Source of the DNA: an uncultured Candidatus Saccharibacteria bacterium
GTDB taxonomy: Bacteria > Patescibacteriota > Minisyncoccia > Phycocordibacterales > UBA5272
Assembly (NCBI GenBank): GCA_964635125.1
Contig: CAZWMQ010000001.1
Coordinates: forward strand, 84,386 to 148,385
Reading direction: 5' to 3'
DNA length: 64,000 bases
The notes beneath the pieces are model-generated. The model was not told the origin of the DNA and did no database searches. It worked only from the letters and a program-made list of their open reading frames with translations. Each line of letters opens with the position of its first letter. Within the stretch, counting starts at the first letter, position 1. This document shows, piece after piece, positions 21,610-35,840 of the stretch. The translations under genes and the position numbers were made by a program.

Positions 21610-22023
21610 ATGTCCACTTTTATTTATTTAATTATAGCAATATCATTCTTATTATTTGCTTTTTTAATAGTTAAGATTAGAATGATTTATTTAAATAATC
21701 ATCCTGATAAATATGTACCTACTTATGACGGACATGCATTATTTTTAGATAAATTTTTCTTTATAGTAAAATTTACTATTAGGAATTTAGTTTTTATTTT
21801 TATGAGAGTCTATAGAAATATTTTACATTTTTGGGTTAGAATAGTTGCTAAGTTTTCTAATTTTTCAGATAAGATTTATATGCAGAGCCGGAATAAGTTT
21901 ATGGAAGAAGTAGTGAAAGATAAGAAAGCCGTTCCACATTTCTGGAATCATTTAAAGAAATATAAGAAAGAAATCGAAGAGGAAAGAGGGGAGGAAGAGT
22001 TAAATAAAGAAGGAAATAATTAA
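21610..22023 (+). CDS. Hypothetical membrane protein
   Basis: 137 aa ORF with N-terminal TM. Confidence 0.3.
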   Translation: MSTFIYLIIAISFLLFAFLIVKIRMIYLNNHPDKYVPTYDGHALFLDKFFFIVKFTIRNLVFIFMRVYRNILHFWVRIVAKFSNFSDKIYMQSRNKFMEEVVKDKKAVPHFWNHLKKYKKEIEEERGEEELNKEGNN

Positions 22024-22105
22024 TAATAATACTTTTAAAAAGTCTGTTTTTGTGTTAGAATTGTTCCTAACTAGTTACCAGAAACCAGTTGCTAGTGACT
22101 AGACC

Positions 22106-22169
22106 GCCACTTTAGTAGAGTTGGCACGAGCGAAGCGAGATTGGAAATAGACAACGGTTTACAAAACCG
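22106..22169 (+). pseudogene. Partial tRNA-Thr-like duplicate (5' half, with a 23-nt insertion in the D-arm)
   Basis: gccactttag...acaacggtttacaaaaccg matches the 5' two-thirds of the downstream tRNA-Thr; the anticodon stem-loop is retained as its reverse complement. Confidence 0.5.
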
Positions 22170-22216
22170 AATTCTTTAAAAATATAAAAAAGTTTTCACC
22201 AAGTAAAAATAAATAA

Positions 22217-22289
22217 GCCACTTTAGCTCAGTTGGTAGAGCAACGGTTTTGTAAACCGTCGGTCGTCAGTTCGAGTCTGACAAGTGGCT
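22217..22289 (+). tRNA. tRNA-Thr (anticodon UGU)
   Basis: Cloverleaf: acceptor gccactt/aagtggc, D-arm gctcagttggtagagc, anticodon loop ttTGTaa, T-arm gtcagttcgagtctgac. Confidence 0.85.
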
Positions 22290-22350
22290 CCGCAATAATA
22301 AAAACTCTATAGCTATTTATAGAGTTTTTATTTTTTAGAGAATTCTTATT

Positions 22351-23097
22351 TTATTCATTAGGAGTCTTTTCAGTGCTACTGGAGGTCGTTGCATTTTTAA
22401 GAGTTTCTTCTTTGGCTTTTTTCACTGCTTCAGCTTTTAGTCTCGCTTTCGCATAAACTTCTAATTCTGGTAGAATTTTTTTAATGTCATCTTCATCTTG
22501 ATAAGTTGAATAAAGCTTATCATTCATATAAACGGCTGGTAATTTATTTCCATCGACTTTATGTATTCTAATTAAAGTCTGTAGGGCTGAAAGGTCTAAA
22601 TTATAATCAAAAGAATAAACTCGTAATTCTGGATAATCACTCCTCATCTTATCTAAGACAGCACCTTGTTTAATACAATCTGTACAATTAGTATTGGTAG
22701 TGTAGAAATATAGAATAGGAACTACTGGAACATTACATTTGTCTTTAATCTGTTGCATTAAAAGATAATCCTTAATCTCTAAGAGAGAATAATATTTCTT
22801 TAATTCATCTACATCGTCTTTTTTACTAATATTTTGTTCGCTATAACTAATCTTTTTAGCTAAATCATTTAACTCTGGAGATAAAGTCGAAGCCGAGACA
22901 TCTTTACAAGAAATACCTTGTAATAATTGGAATTGAGTTTCGGACGATGAAATATCAATGGCAATCTTATCAGAAATATTTTTAATATTAGTAATTTTCT
23001 TATTATTTAAATAATTAGAAAATCAAATTACTGAAATAAAAATCACTGCGGTAATAATAAAAGTTATAATATATCTCAATATGTCTCTTCTAGTCAT
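22351..23097 (-). CDS. Membrane-anchored thioredoxin-like protein (CxxC) (248 aa; one UGA-Trp)
   Basis: N-terminal TM; CTDC motif in a thioredoxin-like context; track ORF 22351..22758 extended upstream through a TGA. Confidence 0.35.
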
Positions 23098-23159
23098 AGA
23101 TTGTGTTTATTTATATTGCTAATCTTAGCATATTTTTAAGTATTCTTATAATAGAGAAG

Positions 23160-24464
23160 CTATCTCTTTCTTTGATTAATTTCACTCGCCCAATTCGGAG
23201 AAGTATTACGAATGGCATTATAAACAGCTCTAATTAATCAAAATGGAGCAATAAATGAATAAGTTAAGAAATAAGCAATGACTCCAACACTAAACTTTAT
23301 TTTCCGATTATACATACGACTACTTACATAGAAAGAGATTAAAAATATAATATAGAAAATTATTGAAATAAATAAAATAGCCGAAGTATTGATAAAGAAA
23401 GTATTATTAGAGAAACTAATATTCCAGAGAGACGATATACCAATAGCTGAAACTGTTAAATATTTCATATAAATATATTGATAGATATTAAAAATTATAT
23501 AAATAAATAAAAATATCACTGCAAAAATTGCTAAGAAACCAGTTGGTAAGGTCATAAAAGCTAAATTGCCATATTTAGGATTGAAAAGCATTCTTCGATA
23601 ATCGATGGTATTTTTAATAAATCCATATATCCATCTTTTTCTTTGTTTATAAAGGGCGGGAATATCTTTCATACCAGAAGTGAAAACATAAGCATTATAA
23701 GCATGCTCTACTCGCATGTGATGACTTTGCATTCTTAAAGTTATTTCTTGATCTTCAGTTTGATGTCCGCTAGTGTAAAGTCCGATCTGATCAAAAACTT
23801 CTCGTCTAAAAATTGGGAAAGTTCCTGAAATAACATTCATACTTTTAGTAAAAGAAAACATTTTCTTAATGAAGATTTGGAGTTGATAATCAATAGCTTG
23901 AGCAGATTGGATGAAGTTCTTCGCATTAACTACTGCCGTAGCTGGAGAAACCCCCATCACTTCTTTTTTGGTTACGAAAATATGCATCATACGACGAATA
24001 GTTTCCGGAGCCACAGTACAATCAGCATCAATTGAGCCAACAAAGGGAGTAGTGGAATTAATTATACCGAGATTTTGAGCGGTATATTTACCACCATTTT
24101 CTTTAGAGAATATTTGAATATTTGGATAATTTTTATATTCATTCATTATATCAATTGTATTATCAGTGGAGCCATCATTTACTAAGATTAAGAATAATTT
24201 CTCTTTTGGATAATCAGAGGCTAGAAGAGAATTAACAGTTTTACGAATATTTTCTCCTTCATTATAAGCGGGGACAGTAATAGTTACGTTTTGGCAATCA
24301 ATATCTTCTAATAAGGATTTAGCATCTTTATTTTTAATGTCTAATTCATCAAAAAATTCTAAAAAAGTCACTAAGAAATAGATCTGTATATATAGAGTGA
24401 TAAAAGAAGCCCCATAGAAGAAATATTCTATAAAATTAGAAATAGCCGAAAAAGTGTTAAGCAT
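23160..24464 (-). CDS. Family 2 processive beta-glycosyltransferase, multi-pass membrane protein (PgaC/NodC/cellulose-synthase-like)
   Basis: VTITVPAYNE, VNDGSTDNT, DADC, QRKRW (QxxRW) motifs; C-terminal TMs; continues 26 aa beyond the TGA at 23238-23240. Confidence 0.7.
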
Positions 24465-24561
24465 AAAAGATTTGACTTTATAATTATTTTATATTTTAGC
24501 ATATTTGGGTTATTTTTTCTATTTAAGAAAATAGCTTCAATATGATATAATTTTTAAAAAT

Positions 24562-25365
24562 ATGTCTAAAAATAGTTTAGAAAATAAAGAAAAAATATCT
24601 GGACATTTTCATCCGATTAGTATTATGGTGGCAGAGATTAGTAATATTTTTAATAGTCTTGATTTTAAAGTTATCGATGGTCCGGAACTTGAGCGAGAGT
24701 GGTTTAATTTTGATGCATTAAACATTCCAAAATCTCATCCAGCTCGAGACATGCAAGATACTTTCTATTTGGATTTAAAAGAGAATGTTTATGGTAAAGC
24801 CGTCTTAAGAACTCACACTTCTAATGTCCAGATCAGATATTTAAATAAAGTAACGGAAGAAATTAAGAATGGTAAAGATGAAGACGAAGTTTTTCCAATT
24901 GCAATTATTTGTCCAGGCAAAGTTTATCGTAATGAGGCAACCGACGCTACACATGAAGCCCAATTTCATCAAGTTGAAGGACTTTTAGTTGGAGAAAATA
25001 TTTCTATGGCTAATTTAAAAGCAACACTTGAAAAATTTCTTAGTGAATTATTTGATAGCGAGATTGATATTATTTTTAGGTCTAGTTATTTTCCATTTGT
25101 GGAGCCAGGGCTTGAAGTAGCTATGAGCTGTTTTAAATGTTCTGGGAATGGGTGTAATATTTGTAAAAAGACTGGTTATATTGAGATTATGGGAGCTGGC
25201 ATGGTTCATCCGAAAGTCTTAGAGAATTGTGGAATAGATTCGAGGAAATATACTGGATTTGCTTTTGGAGTTGGAATTGATAGATTAATAATGTTGAAAT
25301 ATGGTATTTCTGATATACGATATTTATATGATGGATATACTGATTTGTTAATTGAGAAGAAATAA
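24562..25365 (+). CDS. pheS: Phenylalanyl-tRNA synthetase alpha subunit (short form)
   Basis: Class II motifs (FRSSYFPFVEPG, GAGMVHP); precedes pheT. Confidence 0.9.
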   Translation: MSKNSLENKEKISGHFHPISIMVAEISNIFNSLDFKVIDGPELEREWFNFDALNIPKSHPARDMQDTFYLDLKENVYGKAVLRTHTSNVQIRYLNKVTEEIKNGKDEDEVFPIAIICPGKVYRNEATDATHEAQFHQVEGLLVGENISMANLKATLEKFLSELFDSEIDIIFRSSYFPFVEPGLEVAMSCFKCSGNGCNICKKTGYIEIMGAGMVHPKVLENCGIDSRKYTGFAFGVGIDRLIMLKYGISDIRYLYDGYTDLLIEKK

Positions 25366-25369
25366 CAAT

Positions 25370-27817
25370 ATGAAATTTTTACATAGTTGATTACAAGATT
25401 ATATTGTCGAGGAAATTCCAAAAGGAGAAGGGTTAGTTAAAGCGATTGAAACTAAAATTTTCGAAGTGGAAGAATATATAGAAATTCACAATCCGATAAA
25501 CGACAGTAAAGATTTTGTGTATGATTTGAATATTTTACCAAATAGAGCCCACGATGCTTTGGGACATTATTATTTGGCTTGTGATGTTGCGGCTATATTT
25601 AATTTTCAGATTAAAGATACGATTCAAGAGTTATCAGAGTTTAAGCATAGTTTAGAAATTATTGAGAGTGAGAATGATTTTATTAGAATAGAAAATAGTA
25701 AAAATTGTAGTAGATTTATAGGAGCGAAAGTTTCTGGGATTGTAGTAAAAGAAAGTCCAGAAATAATAAAGTATAGATTAAATAGTATTGGAGAAAAATC
25801 AATAAACAATATTGTTGATATTACTAATTATGTGCAATTCTCCTTTAATAAACCAATGCATGCCTACGATCAAGAATTAGTGAAAGGAGATATTGAAGTT
25901 AGACTAGCGGACGAAGGTGAGAAAATGACTACCTTAGACAATAAAGAATTGGATTTGAAAGATGATACTTTAGTAATTGCTGATAAAGAAAATATTTTAG
26001 CTCTAGCTGGAATTAAAGGGGGAAAGTATTCTGGGATTAATAGTGAGACTAAGAGTATAATTGTGGAGAGTGCGAACTTTATTCCGATCTTAATTCGAAA
26101 AACATCACAAATTTATAATTTAAAAACGGAAGCAAGTAAAAGATTTGAAAATGGTTTAGCTGATGATTTAGTAGAGATTGGAATGTTAGCTACTTTAAAA
26201 TTGTTGAGTGAGTTCGGTGGAGATGAAGTTAAGATAGATAAAGTAATTGATAATTTTCCAAATAAAAAGTTAGTAGAGTGGAAATATAAAGTTTCTGTTT
26301 CTTTAGTGGAAATTAATAAATTATTAGGGACGGATTTATTAGAGAGTGAAGTTGAAAGTATTTTCAAAAGATTAAATTTTAATTATAAATATATTTCGAC
26401 AGTCGAGTTGATTAAAGAATTAATCCCAAGAGTTCTTGGAAAGGGTTATAAGAATCCAAGCTCAATGCGAATCGATGCCCCAGAATATTTCTCTTGCTCT
26501 AGTTTAGTATCATATCTATATGAAGGAATTTATATGCCAAGTATTTCAATTGATAAATATTTATTTACTAGAGATTTGGGAAGTGAAATAAAAACTGAGA
26601 AGGATTTAAAATACGGAGATTTAATATTTCGTAATTCTGAAAATGGGAAAATCTATTATGAAGGAGTAGAATATCGAAAAGGTGGGAAAGTCATTGAGGG
26701 AGTAGATCATCTTGGTATGTATGTTGGGGACAATAAAGTTATTCATGCTTCGAGACATTTAAAAGATGGAGTTGAGATTGAGAGTTTGGAAGAATTTAGT
26801 AATAAGGGTAAGATTATTGGTTACGGAAGAGTTTTAGAAAATCTTGAAGAAGAAAGATTTGTGGTGGAGATACCAGCTGAGCGATTAGATCTAAGAATTA
26901 AAGAAGATATTATTGAAGAGATCGGTAGGATTTATGGATTTAATCAGATTAAATCTCAATTACCAAACTTAAAAAAGAAAGCTGAAATTAATCAAGAAGT
27001 AAATAAGATTAAGTTAATTAAGAATTATTTATATAGTTTAGGATTTAATGAAGTTCTAACTTATTCCTTACAAAAGAAAGGGGAGATTAAAATTTTAAAA
27101 TCAGTTGCTAAAGACAAGAACTATTTAAGGAATAATTTGAGTAGTGGCTTACAGGAAGCAATTGAAAAAAATATATTTAGATTACCATTATTAGGGGAGA
27201 TGGATGAAACTTTAAAAGAATTTAAAGTATTTGAATTTGGAAAATGTTTTAGTCTTAATGAAGACGGCAGTGAGAGAGAATGATTAAGTTTAGGGATTGG
27301 AATTGATGATAATGGTAAAAATAAGAATTATGAATTATTAAAGATAGAAATAATTAATAATCTTACAAGGATTTTAGAGATTAAGAGTGGGATAGAAATA
27401 GTGGAGAGTAAAAATAGTAAAGGTAAAAATAATATTTTCGAAATTAATTTTAGTGAATTATTAGATAGATCTAAATTAGAAATTAAAGAATTAATTAATT
27501 TAGATGTGAAAAATGATTATATTTATAAAGAGATTATTAAGACACCGTTCATTGTTCGAGATATTGCTCTTTGGACTAATCAAGATACTAAGGAGAGTGA
27601 GGTTCTTGAAATAATCTCATCTAAGATAAGTCCATTAGTGGTTAAATTAACTTTATTTGATGAATTTGAGAAAGAAATAGATGGAATTGTAAAAAAATCT
27701 TTCGCTTATCGCTTAGTTTATCAAGATAAAGAAAGAACCTTAACTGATGAGGAAGTTAATCAGGAGGCAGATCTAATTTATAAAGCTCTGAAAGAGAGAG
27801 GTTTTGAAATTAGATAA
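25370..27817 (+). CDS. pheT: Phenylalanyl-tRNA synthetase beta subunit (815 aa; two UGA-Trp codons)
   Basis: N-terminus MKFLHS-W-LQDY matches the conserved MKFSELWL; ORFs 25466 and 27401 share a frame across TGA 27281-27283; B3/4 and B5 domain features. Confidence 0.85.
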
Positions 27818-27856
27818 TAGTATATAAAATGTTATAATTAATCTATAAATAAATAT

Positions 27857-28804
27857 ATGGAAGAAAATAAAAATAATAAATTATCAGCTAAGTTTTTCTT
27901 TTTAACTTTAGGGAATATTATAAGTTTAATTACTATTATAATTACAGCAATTAATTTATTATTCTCTTTACTGGATAGATTTATTCCAGATGTTTTAACC
28001 GATGCATATGTTTATGGTTATAACTCTAATCTATATACTAATCTACAAACTCCATTAGCAATATTGATAATATTTTTCCCAATATTTTTTATTTTAGCTT
28101 ATTACTTCCGCACACATTTAAATAATTCTTTAAATAAAAAAGAATCTGGATTTCTAAAATGGGTGATTTATTTTATAATTTTCTTAGCCTCACTAACAAT
28201 AATTATTGATTTAATAACCTTGGTGCATTATTTTATTTCGGGGGAAATTACTTTAAGATTTATTTATAAAGTCGTCGGAGTGATTATATTATCTAGTATA
28301 ACTTTAACTTATTATATATCTTTATTAAAAGATAAAAAGAAAAATATTTTAGTTGAAGTTAAAGACTTTAATATTCGAAAGATATTAGGATTGATTTCTT
28401 TCTTAATCATCCTATCTTTAATTGTCATAACTTTTATAATTATGGGAAGCCCAAAGACGCAAAGGCAATATAGATTAGATAATTTAAAAGTTGATAATCT
28501 ACAATCTATCGAAGCTAATATTGATAATTATTATACTGAAAAGGGAGCATTGCCAGCGAAACTTACTGATTTAGAAATTAATTACAATCCCAATATAATC
28601 TATGATCCAATAAATAAAGAAATATTTAAATATGTAGTTGTAGATAAGACTAATTATAAATTATGTGCTAATTTCTTAACAGAAACTCCAGAGAAGACTG
28701 AATTATTAAGTAATAAATGGCATCACGGAGTAGGGGAAACTTGTTTTGATTTAAAAGTCAGCCAAATAAATAATAAATTATCTCCACAACCTCTAGATGA
28801 ATAG
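27857..28804 (+). CDS. Hypothetical polytopic membrane protein
   Basis: 315 aa, multiple TM helices plus C-terminal soluble domain. Confidence 0.35.
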   Translation: MEENKNNKLSAKFFFLTLGNIISLITIIITAINLLFSLLDRFIPDVLTDAYVYGYNSNLYTNLQTPLAILIIFFPIFFILAYYFRTHLNNSLNKKESGFLKWVIYFIIFLASLTIIIDLITLVHYFISGEITLRFIYKVVGVIILSSITLTYYISLLKDKKKNILVEVKDFNIRKILGLISFLIILSLIVITFIIMGSPKTQRQYRLDNLKVDNLQSIEANIDNYYTEKGALPAKLTDLEINYNPNIIYDPINKEIFKYVVVDKTNYKLCANFLTETPEKTELLSNKWHHGVGETCFDLKVSQINNKLSPQPLDE

Positions 28805-28857
28805 ATAAAATAAATAAAAATGCTCCGTGAGGAGCATTTTTAGTTTTAAAAATATTT

Positions 28858-29043
28858 TTAGTTTCTTTTCACTAGAGTCGGAGAATAATATTCTTTATCG
28901 TCTAACTCTAATTCTTCAAACTTTTCTAAAATATTTTTACTTTTTTTATTTTTCTGAATTTCATGATCCATCTTTTCTAATTCTTCATTAGAAAAAAGAT
29001 TTCCTTGCTTAACTCTCTCTTTTTGAGAAGCTTGTATATTCAT
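28858..29043 (-). CDS. Small hypothetical charged protein
   Basis: 61 aa ORF only. Confidence 0.2.
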   Translation of the reverse strand: MNIQASQKERVKQGNLFSNEELEKMDHEIQKNKKSKNILEKFEELELDDKEYYSPTLVKRN

Positions 29044-29224
29044 CTTAAAATATTTAAAGTTAAAGAATTAATCATTTTACTACTGTAAGTATATCATTAT
29101 TTGTAATGATATTTCACTAACTATATTATAGCATAATTATAATAATAAGTCAAGAAAAATCTGATAGAAATAGATGCAATTTATTCTAAAAAATGCTATA
29201 ATAAAGATATAATTTAAACTATAA

Positions 29225-31405
<2,181 letters not shown>

Positions 31406-31439
31406 GTTATAAATTTTTGTTCTGTGCTATAATTTTTAT

Positions 31440-32213
31440 ATGAAGATTATTAATTATAATGATAAGATCATTTTATATTTTTTACCTAAAAATGATGGTA
31501 AATTTAGATTTAAAATTAGGTTTAATAACTTTTCTTTTGGTGAAAGTTTTGCCACAACAACAAAACCATTTACTGATAAAGTATATTTAGAATGGCAAAT
31601 AGGTTATGATGCATTAATTAAAGATACGATAGTTGGAAAAGATGAAAAAAAATCAAAAAAACACACATCTCTAACAAACATATCTTTTAAAGGCTTTAAT
31701 AAAAAAGATAAATATCTATATGAATTATCAGAAATATTCTTTTTTCTTTTCAAAAATAATATAATATCTTCTAATTTTATAGAAGATTTGATAAAAGAAA
31801 TAAAATCATATAAAGAGTTTATAAGCGATAAAGATATTTTTATAGAAAAAGATTTAATAAATGTAATTATAAATAATATAGATTTTAAAGAAACTACTAC
31901 CTCTTTACCGACTTTCTTTTATTATCCTAAAACAGGTGCAACTCAAATAGAAGTTTTTATACAAAAACAGCAATATGCCACTGGTGTTCAGCCTATGGTT
32001 TATTATTCTATACCAGTAAAAAGTTTTAAAAATGGAGAAAATATAATAGGAAAAACATATAAAGATTTAAAAGATAAAGTAGAACTAGAATATGTCATTG
32101 ATAAAAGTAATGCTTCTAATTTTATAGATCTTATAAAAATTTTTGGTATGTGTAGTCCAGCACATAATTTTGATATTTTAGAAATATTAAATTCAATATT
32201 GAAATATAGATAA
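31440..32213 (+). CDS. Hypothetical protein; candidate type II restriction endonuclease partner of the downstream methyltransferase
   Basis: 257 aa; co-directional, 1-bp gap to the methyltransferase; very low GC; no homology recognisable by eye. Confidence 0.3.
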   Translation: MKIINYNDKIILYFLPKNDGKFRFKIRFNNFSFGESFATTTKPFTDKVYLEWQIGYDALIKDTIVGKDEKKSKKHTSLTNISFKGFNKKDKYLYELSEIFFFLFKNNIISSNFIEDLIKEIKSYKEFISDKDIFIEKDLINVIINNIDFKETTTSLPTFFYYPKTGATQIEVFIQKQQYATGVQPMVYYSIPVKSFKNGENIIGKTYKDLKDKVELEYVIDKSNASNFIDLIKIFGMCSPAHNFDILEILNSILKYR

Positions 32214-32214
32214 T

Positions 32215-33396
32215 ATGATACAAAAACATTTAACAAAACAAAAGCAAATTGAATTAGGTAGTTTTTATACTCCTGATTATTTAGTGGATAAGATGTATTC
32301 TATTATAGATGACTATCTTAATAGTAATAATATAAATAAAAAATCTATATTATTTTTTGATAATGCAAGCGGTTATGGAGCTTTTTATAGACCGAATAGA
32401 GATTTTATTATGGCAGATATAGATGAAAAAGCAATAGAAAAAATCAAAAAGAAATTGAGAATTAAAAATAAGAGTTTATTTATTACTAATTCTTTAGAAA
32501 ACGTTAGTAGAAATAAATTTAACATTAATAAGGATAAATTTCTTATTAATATTGGTAACCCTCCATATAATGATACTACTTCCATAATTAATAATGGTAA
32601 AAAAGGTAATTTTTCTTGTGATTTAGATTTAGTAGATAGAGATATGGGTATTTCATTTTTAAAATCCTTCAATAAATTAAAATCAGATATAGTTTGTGTA
32701 TTACATCCATTATCTTATTTAATTAAAGAAGCGAACTTTAAAAGATTAAAAGACTTCAAAGATAATTATAGAATTATATATGGAGAAATATTTTCTAGTG
32801 AACATTTTTCAGGAACAGGTAAAACAAAATTTCCTATAGTATTAGCTTTATACGAAAGGAGTCATTCAGGGATGGATTTTTCTTATATTAAAAATTTTAA
32901 TTTTAATATATTAAATCAGAAAAAGAAGTTTAAATTGTTAAATTTTAAAACTACAGATGGATTTATTTATAAATATCCAAAAGAAGTTTTTAATATGAAT
33001 AATTTTTCTGGTTTTTACTACTATACATTTAGAGATATTAATTCTCTTAAAAGAAATTCTGATTTTTTATTTGAAAGAAATTATAATTCCATTTCTATAA
33101 GTATAGATGAACTATATAAATATGCTTATTTATATAGTTTTAAAAAGTTGTTTAGTCCAAAAGATATATGAATTTATGGGAATTTATCTCCATTGTTAGA
33201 TGAAGAAATTGAGAAATTTAAAAAAGAATATTTATTATTTTCAGTACTAGATTCTGGACTTCATAAAAATATAAGCATAGATCTAAAAAGAAAAATAAAA
33301 TCTTATTATAAATTAGATAGAAATTATTATAAATCTGATTTAAAAGAATTAAAAAAAATTGTGGAACAAAGAATTAATAGTTTAGCTACTATTTAA
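32215..33396 (+). CDS. N6-adenine DNA methyltransferase, gamma class (TaqI/Eco57I-like)
   Basis: Motif X GSFYTPDYLVDKM (compare M.TaqI VETPPEVVDFMV), motif I FDNASGYGAF, motif IV NPPY; UGA-Trp at 33169-33171 joins ORF 33193. Confidence 0.75.
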
Positions 33397-33397
33397 T

Positions 33398-35155
33398 TTA
33401 TTTTTTATTTCTTACTTCCTTCCCCAACTTCTCCATTAACTCCTCCATACTTAAATTAAATTTCTCACCACTCAAACTCTCTAAACTAACTTTATTTTCA
33501 TCGATCTCTTTATCTCCAATTACAATTCAATATGGATATTTCATATTTTTAGCATAGCGGACTTTCTTTCCAAGATTATCTTTATTGTCGGCTAACTCCA
33601 CTCGAAAATTCTGAGCTTTTAACTTTTCATAAACTTGATTCGCATATTTGTTATGCTTCTCTAAATTAACCGGAATAATTGAGAGTTGAATAGGGGCAAT
33701 TCAGAGTGGAAATTCTCCAGCTACATGTTCAATATAAACTGAGAGAAATCTCTCCAAACTTCCAGCAATCGCACAATGTATCATGACCGGTCGATCTCTC
33801 TTACCTTCTTCATTTACATATTCTAATTCTAAATTCTCTGGTTGTATAAAGTCTAATTGCACAGTGGCAACTTGATGTTCTCGTCCAATCGCATCACTGG
33901 CCATGAAGTCTATCTTAGGTCCATAAAAAGCTGCTTCACCCTCGCCATCAATATAATTCTCCCCAACTCTTTTCTCTAGTAGAGCTTTAATGGCTCCTTC
34001 GGCTTTCTCTCAAGTCTCTAGATTACCTTTGAACTTAGGATCATTGTCACGACGAGAGAATCTATATTTTAAATTCGTAAAGTTAAATGTCTTATAAAAT
34101 GTCTCAATTAAGTCTCAAAGTTGATTAACTTCACTTTCAATTTGAGACTCACGACAAAAGATATGAGCATCATCTTGAGTAATTGATAAGACACGAGATA
34201 ACCCACTTAATTCTCCAGATTGTTCATCACGATAAACCATGGTGGTCTCTGAATATCTAATTGGTAATTCTTTATAACTCCTTAACTCTGAAGCATAAAT
34301 CTGGGCATGGTGAGGACAATTCATCGGCTTCATACAGAGTATATGTCCATCTCTTGTTTCAATTTTAAATAAATCCTCTTGATACTTCTCTCAGTGACCA
34401 GATTTAACATATAAATCTTTCTTAGTTAGATGTGGAATAGTTACTCCTTGATAACCATCTTTAGCTCTTAATTCTTGGACGAAATTATCAACTACTTTTC
34501 TTAAAATAGTTCCCTTTGGTGTTCAAAGTGGAAGTCCTGGTCCAACTAAGTCTGAGAAAATAAACAATCCTAATTCTTTCCCCAAGATACGATGATCTCT
34601 TTTTTTGGCCTCCTCGATCTGAACTTTATAATTCTCTAACTCTTCTTTATTTTGAAATGCTAGCCCATAGACACGAGTAAGCATTTTATTTTTCTCATCA
34701 CCTCGCCAATAAGCTCCAGCTGTATGGGTAATTTCAAAGCTATTAATATCAATCTCTTTTAAATCCTCGACATGTCCACCACGACAAAGATCGGTAAAGT
34801 CTTGAATAGTGTAAAGTGTGATCTTTTCGCCACGAGAGACAATCTCTTCAATTAATTCTAATTTATATGGGTTATTTTTAAAATAATTCTCAGCTTCCGT
34901 CTCATTAATTTCTTGATGGGAGAAAGTTCCGCCTTGTTTAATCTTCTCTCTCATCAACTTAGTTAATTCTTGAAAGTCCTCAGGAGTGTTAGGTTTATTA
35001 TCAGTTACGAAATCAATGTCATAGTAAAATCCATTTTCAATCGCTGGACCTAAAGTTAAGAGGACTTGTGGATATTTTTCAATTATTACACTAGCTAAAA
35101 TGTGAGCTAAGGTATGTCTAATATGAGCTAATTTTTCTTGATCTTCTTTTGACAT
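33398..35155 (-). CDS. thrS: Threonyl-tRNA synthetase lacking the N-terminal TGS domain (585 aa; at least 5 UGA-Trp codons)
   Basis: Alignment to E. coli ThrRS: [33 protein letters not shown]; three track ORFs on one frame. Confidence 0.9.
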
Positions 35156-35269
35156 AATTTTGAATTATTAAAGTATTTTAATTATAGCAAAAAAGTTAAG
35201 AAAATAACATAGATTAAGGATTTTGGATTTAAGGTTATTGTGTTATAATTTTATTATAAAAATAAATAT

Positions 35270-35833
35270 ATGTCATTAATCTTAATTATCATTTTAGTAA
35301 TCGTTGTGCTTTATTTCGTTTTTGCTTATAACGGGCTGGTTACCAAGAAGATTCGTATTCAAAATGCTTGGGCGGATATTGAAGTGCAATTAAAGAGAAG
35401 ATTTGATCTTATTCCTAATCTAATTAACACCGTAAAAGGAGCGGCGAATTTCGAAACTTCAACTTTAGAGAAAGTTATTAAAGCTCGAGATATGGCGATG
35501 AATGCTCAAGCTGGTGGAGATAAACAACAGATTATGGAAAGTGAGAATGCTTTATCTGGAACCTTAAAGAGTTTATTTGCTTTGTCTGAAAATTATCCAG
35601 ATCTGAAAGCTACTAATAATTTTAACTCACTTCAGAATGAGTTAACCGATACGGAAGATAAAATACAAGCCGCCAGGAGATTTTATAACTCCACAGTGAC
35701 TGATCTTAATACGGCAATTAATGTCTTCCCAAAGAATATTATTGCTAAATTATTTAACTTTAAAGAAGAAGAAATGTTTAAATTAGGAGAGCATGAAGAA
35801 GCTGCTCGTGAGCCAGTAGAGGTGAAGTTCTAA
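35270..35833 (+). CDS. lemA: LemA family protein
   Basis: 187 aa; N-terminal TM plus LemA signature (NGLV..K..I.NAWADIEVQLKRRFDLIPNL). Confidence 0.8.
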   Translation: MSLILIIILVIVVLYFVFAYNGLVTKKIRIQNAWADIEVQLKRRFDLIPNLINTVKGAANFETSTLEKVIKARDMAMNAQAGGDKQQIMESENALSGTLKSLFALSENYPDLKATNNFNSLQNELTDTEDKIQAARRFYNSTVTDLNTAINVFPKNIIAKLFNFKEEEMFKLGEHEEAAREPVEVKF

Positions 35834-35840
35834 TTTAACT

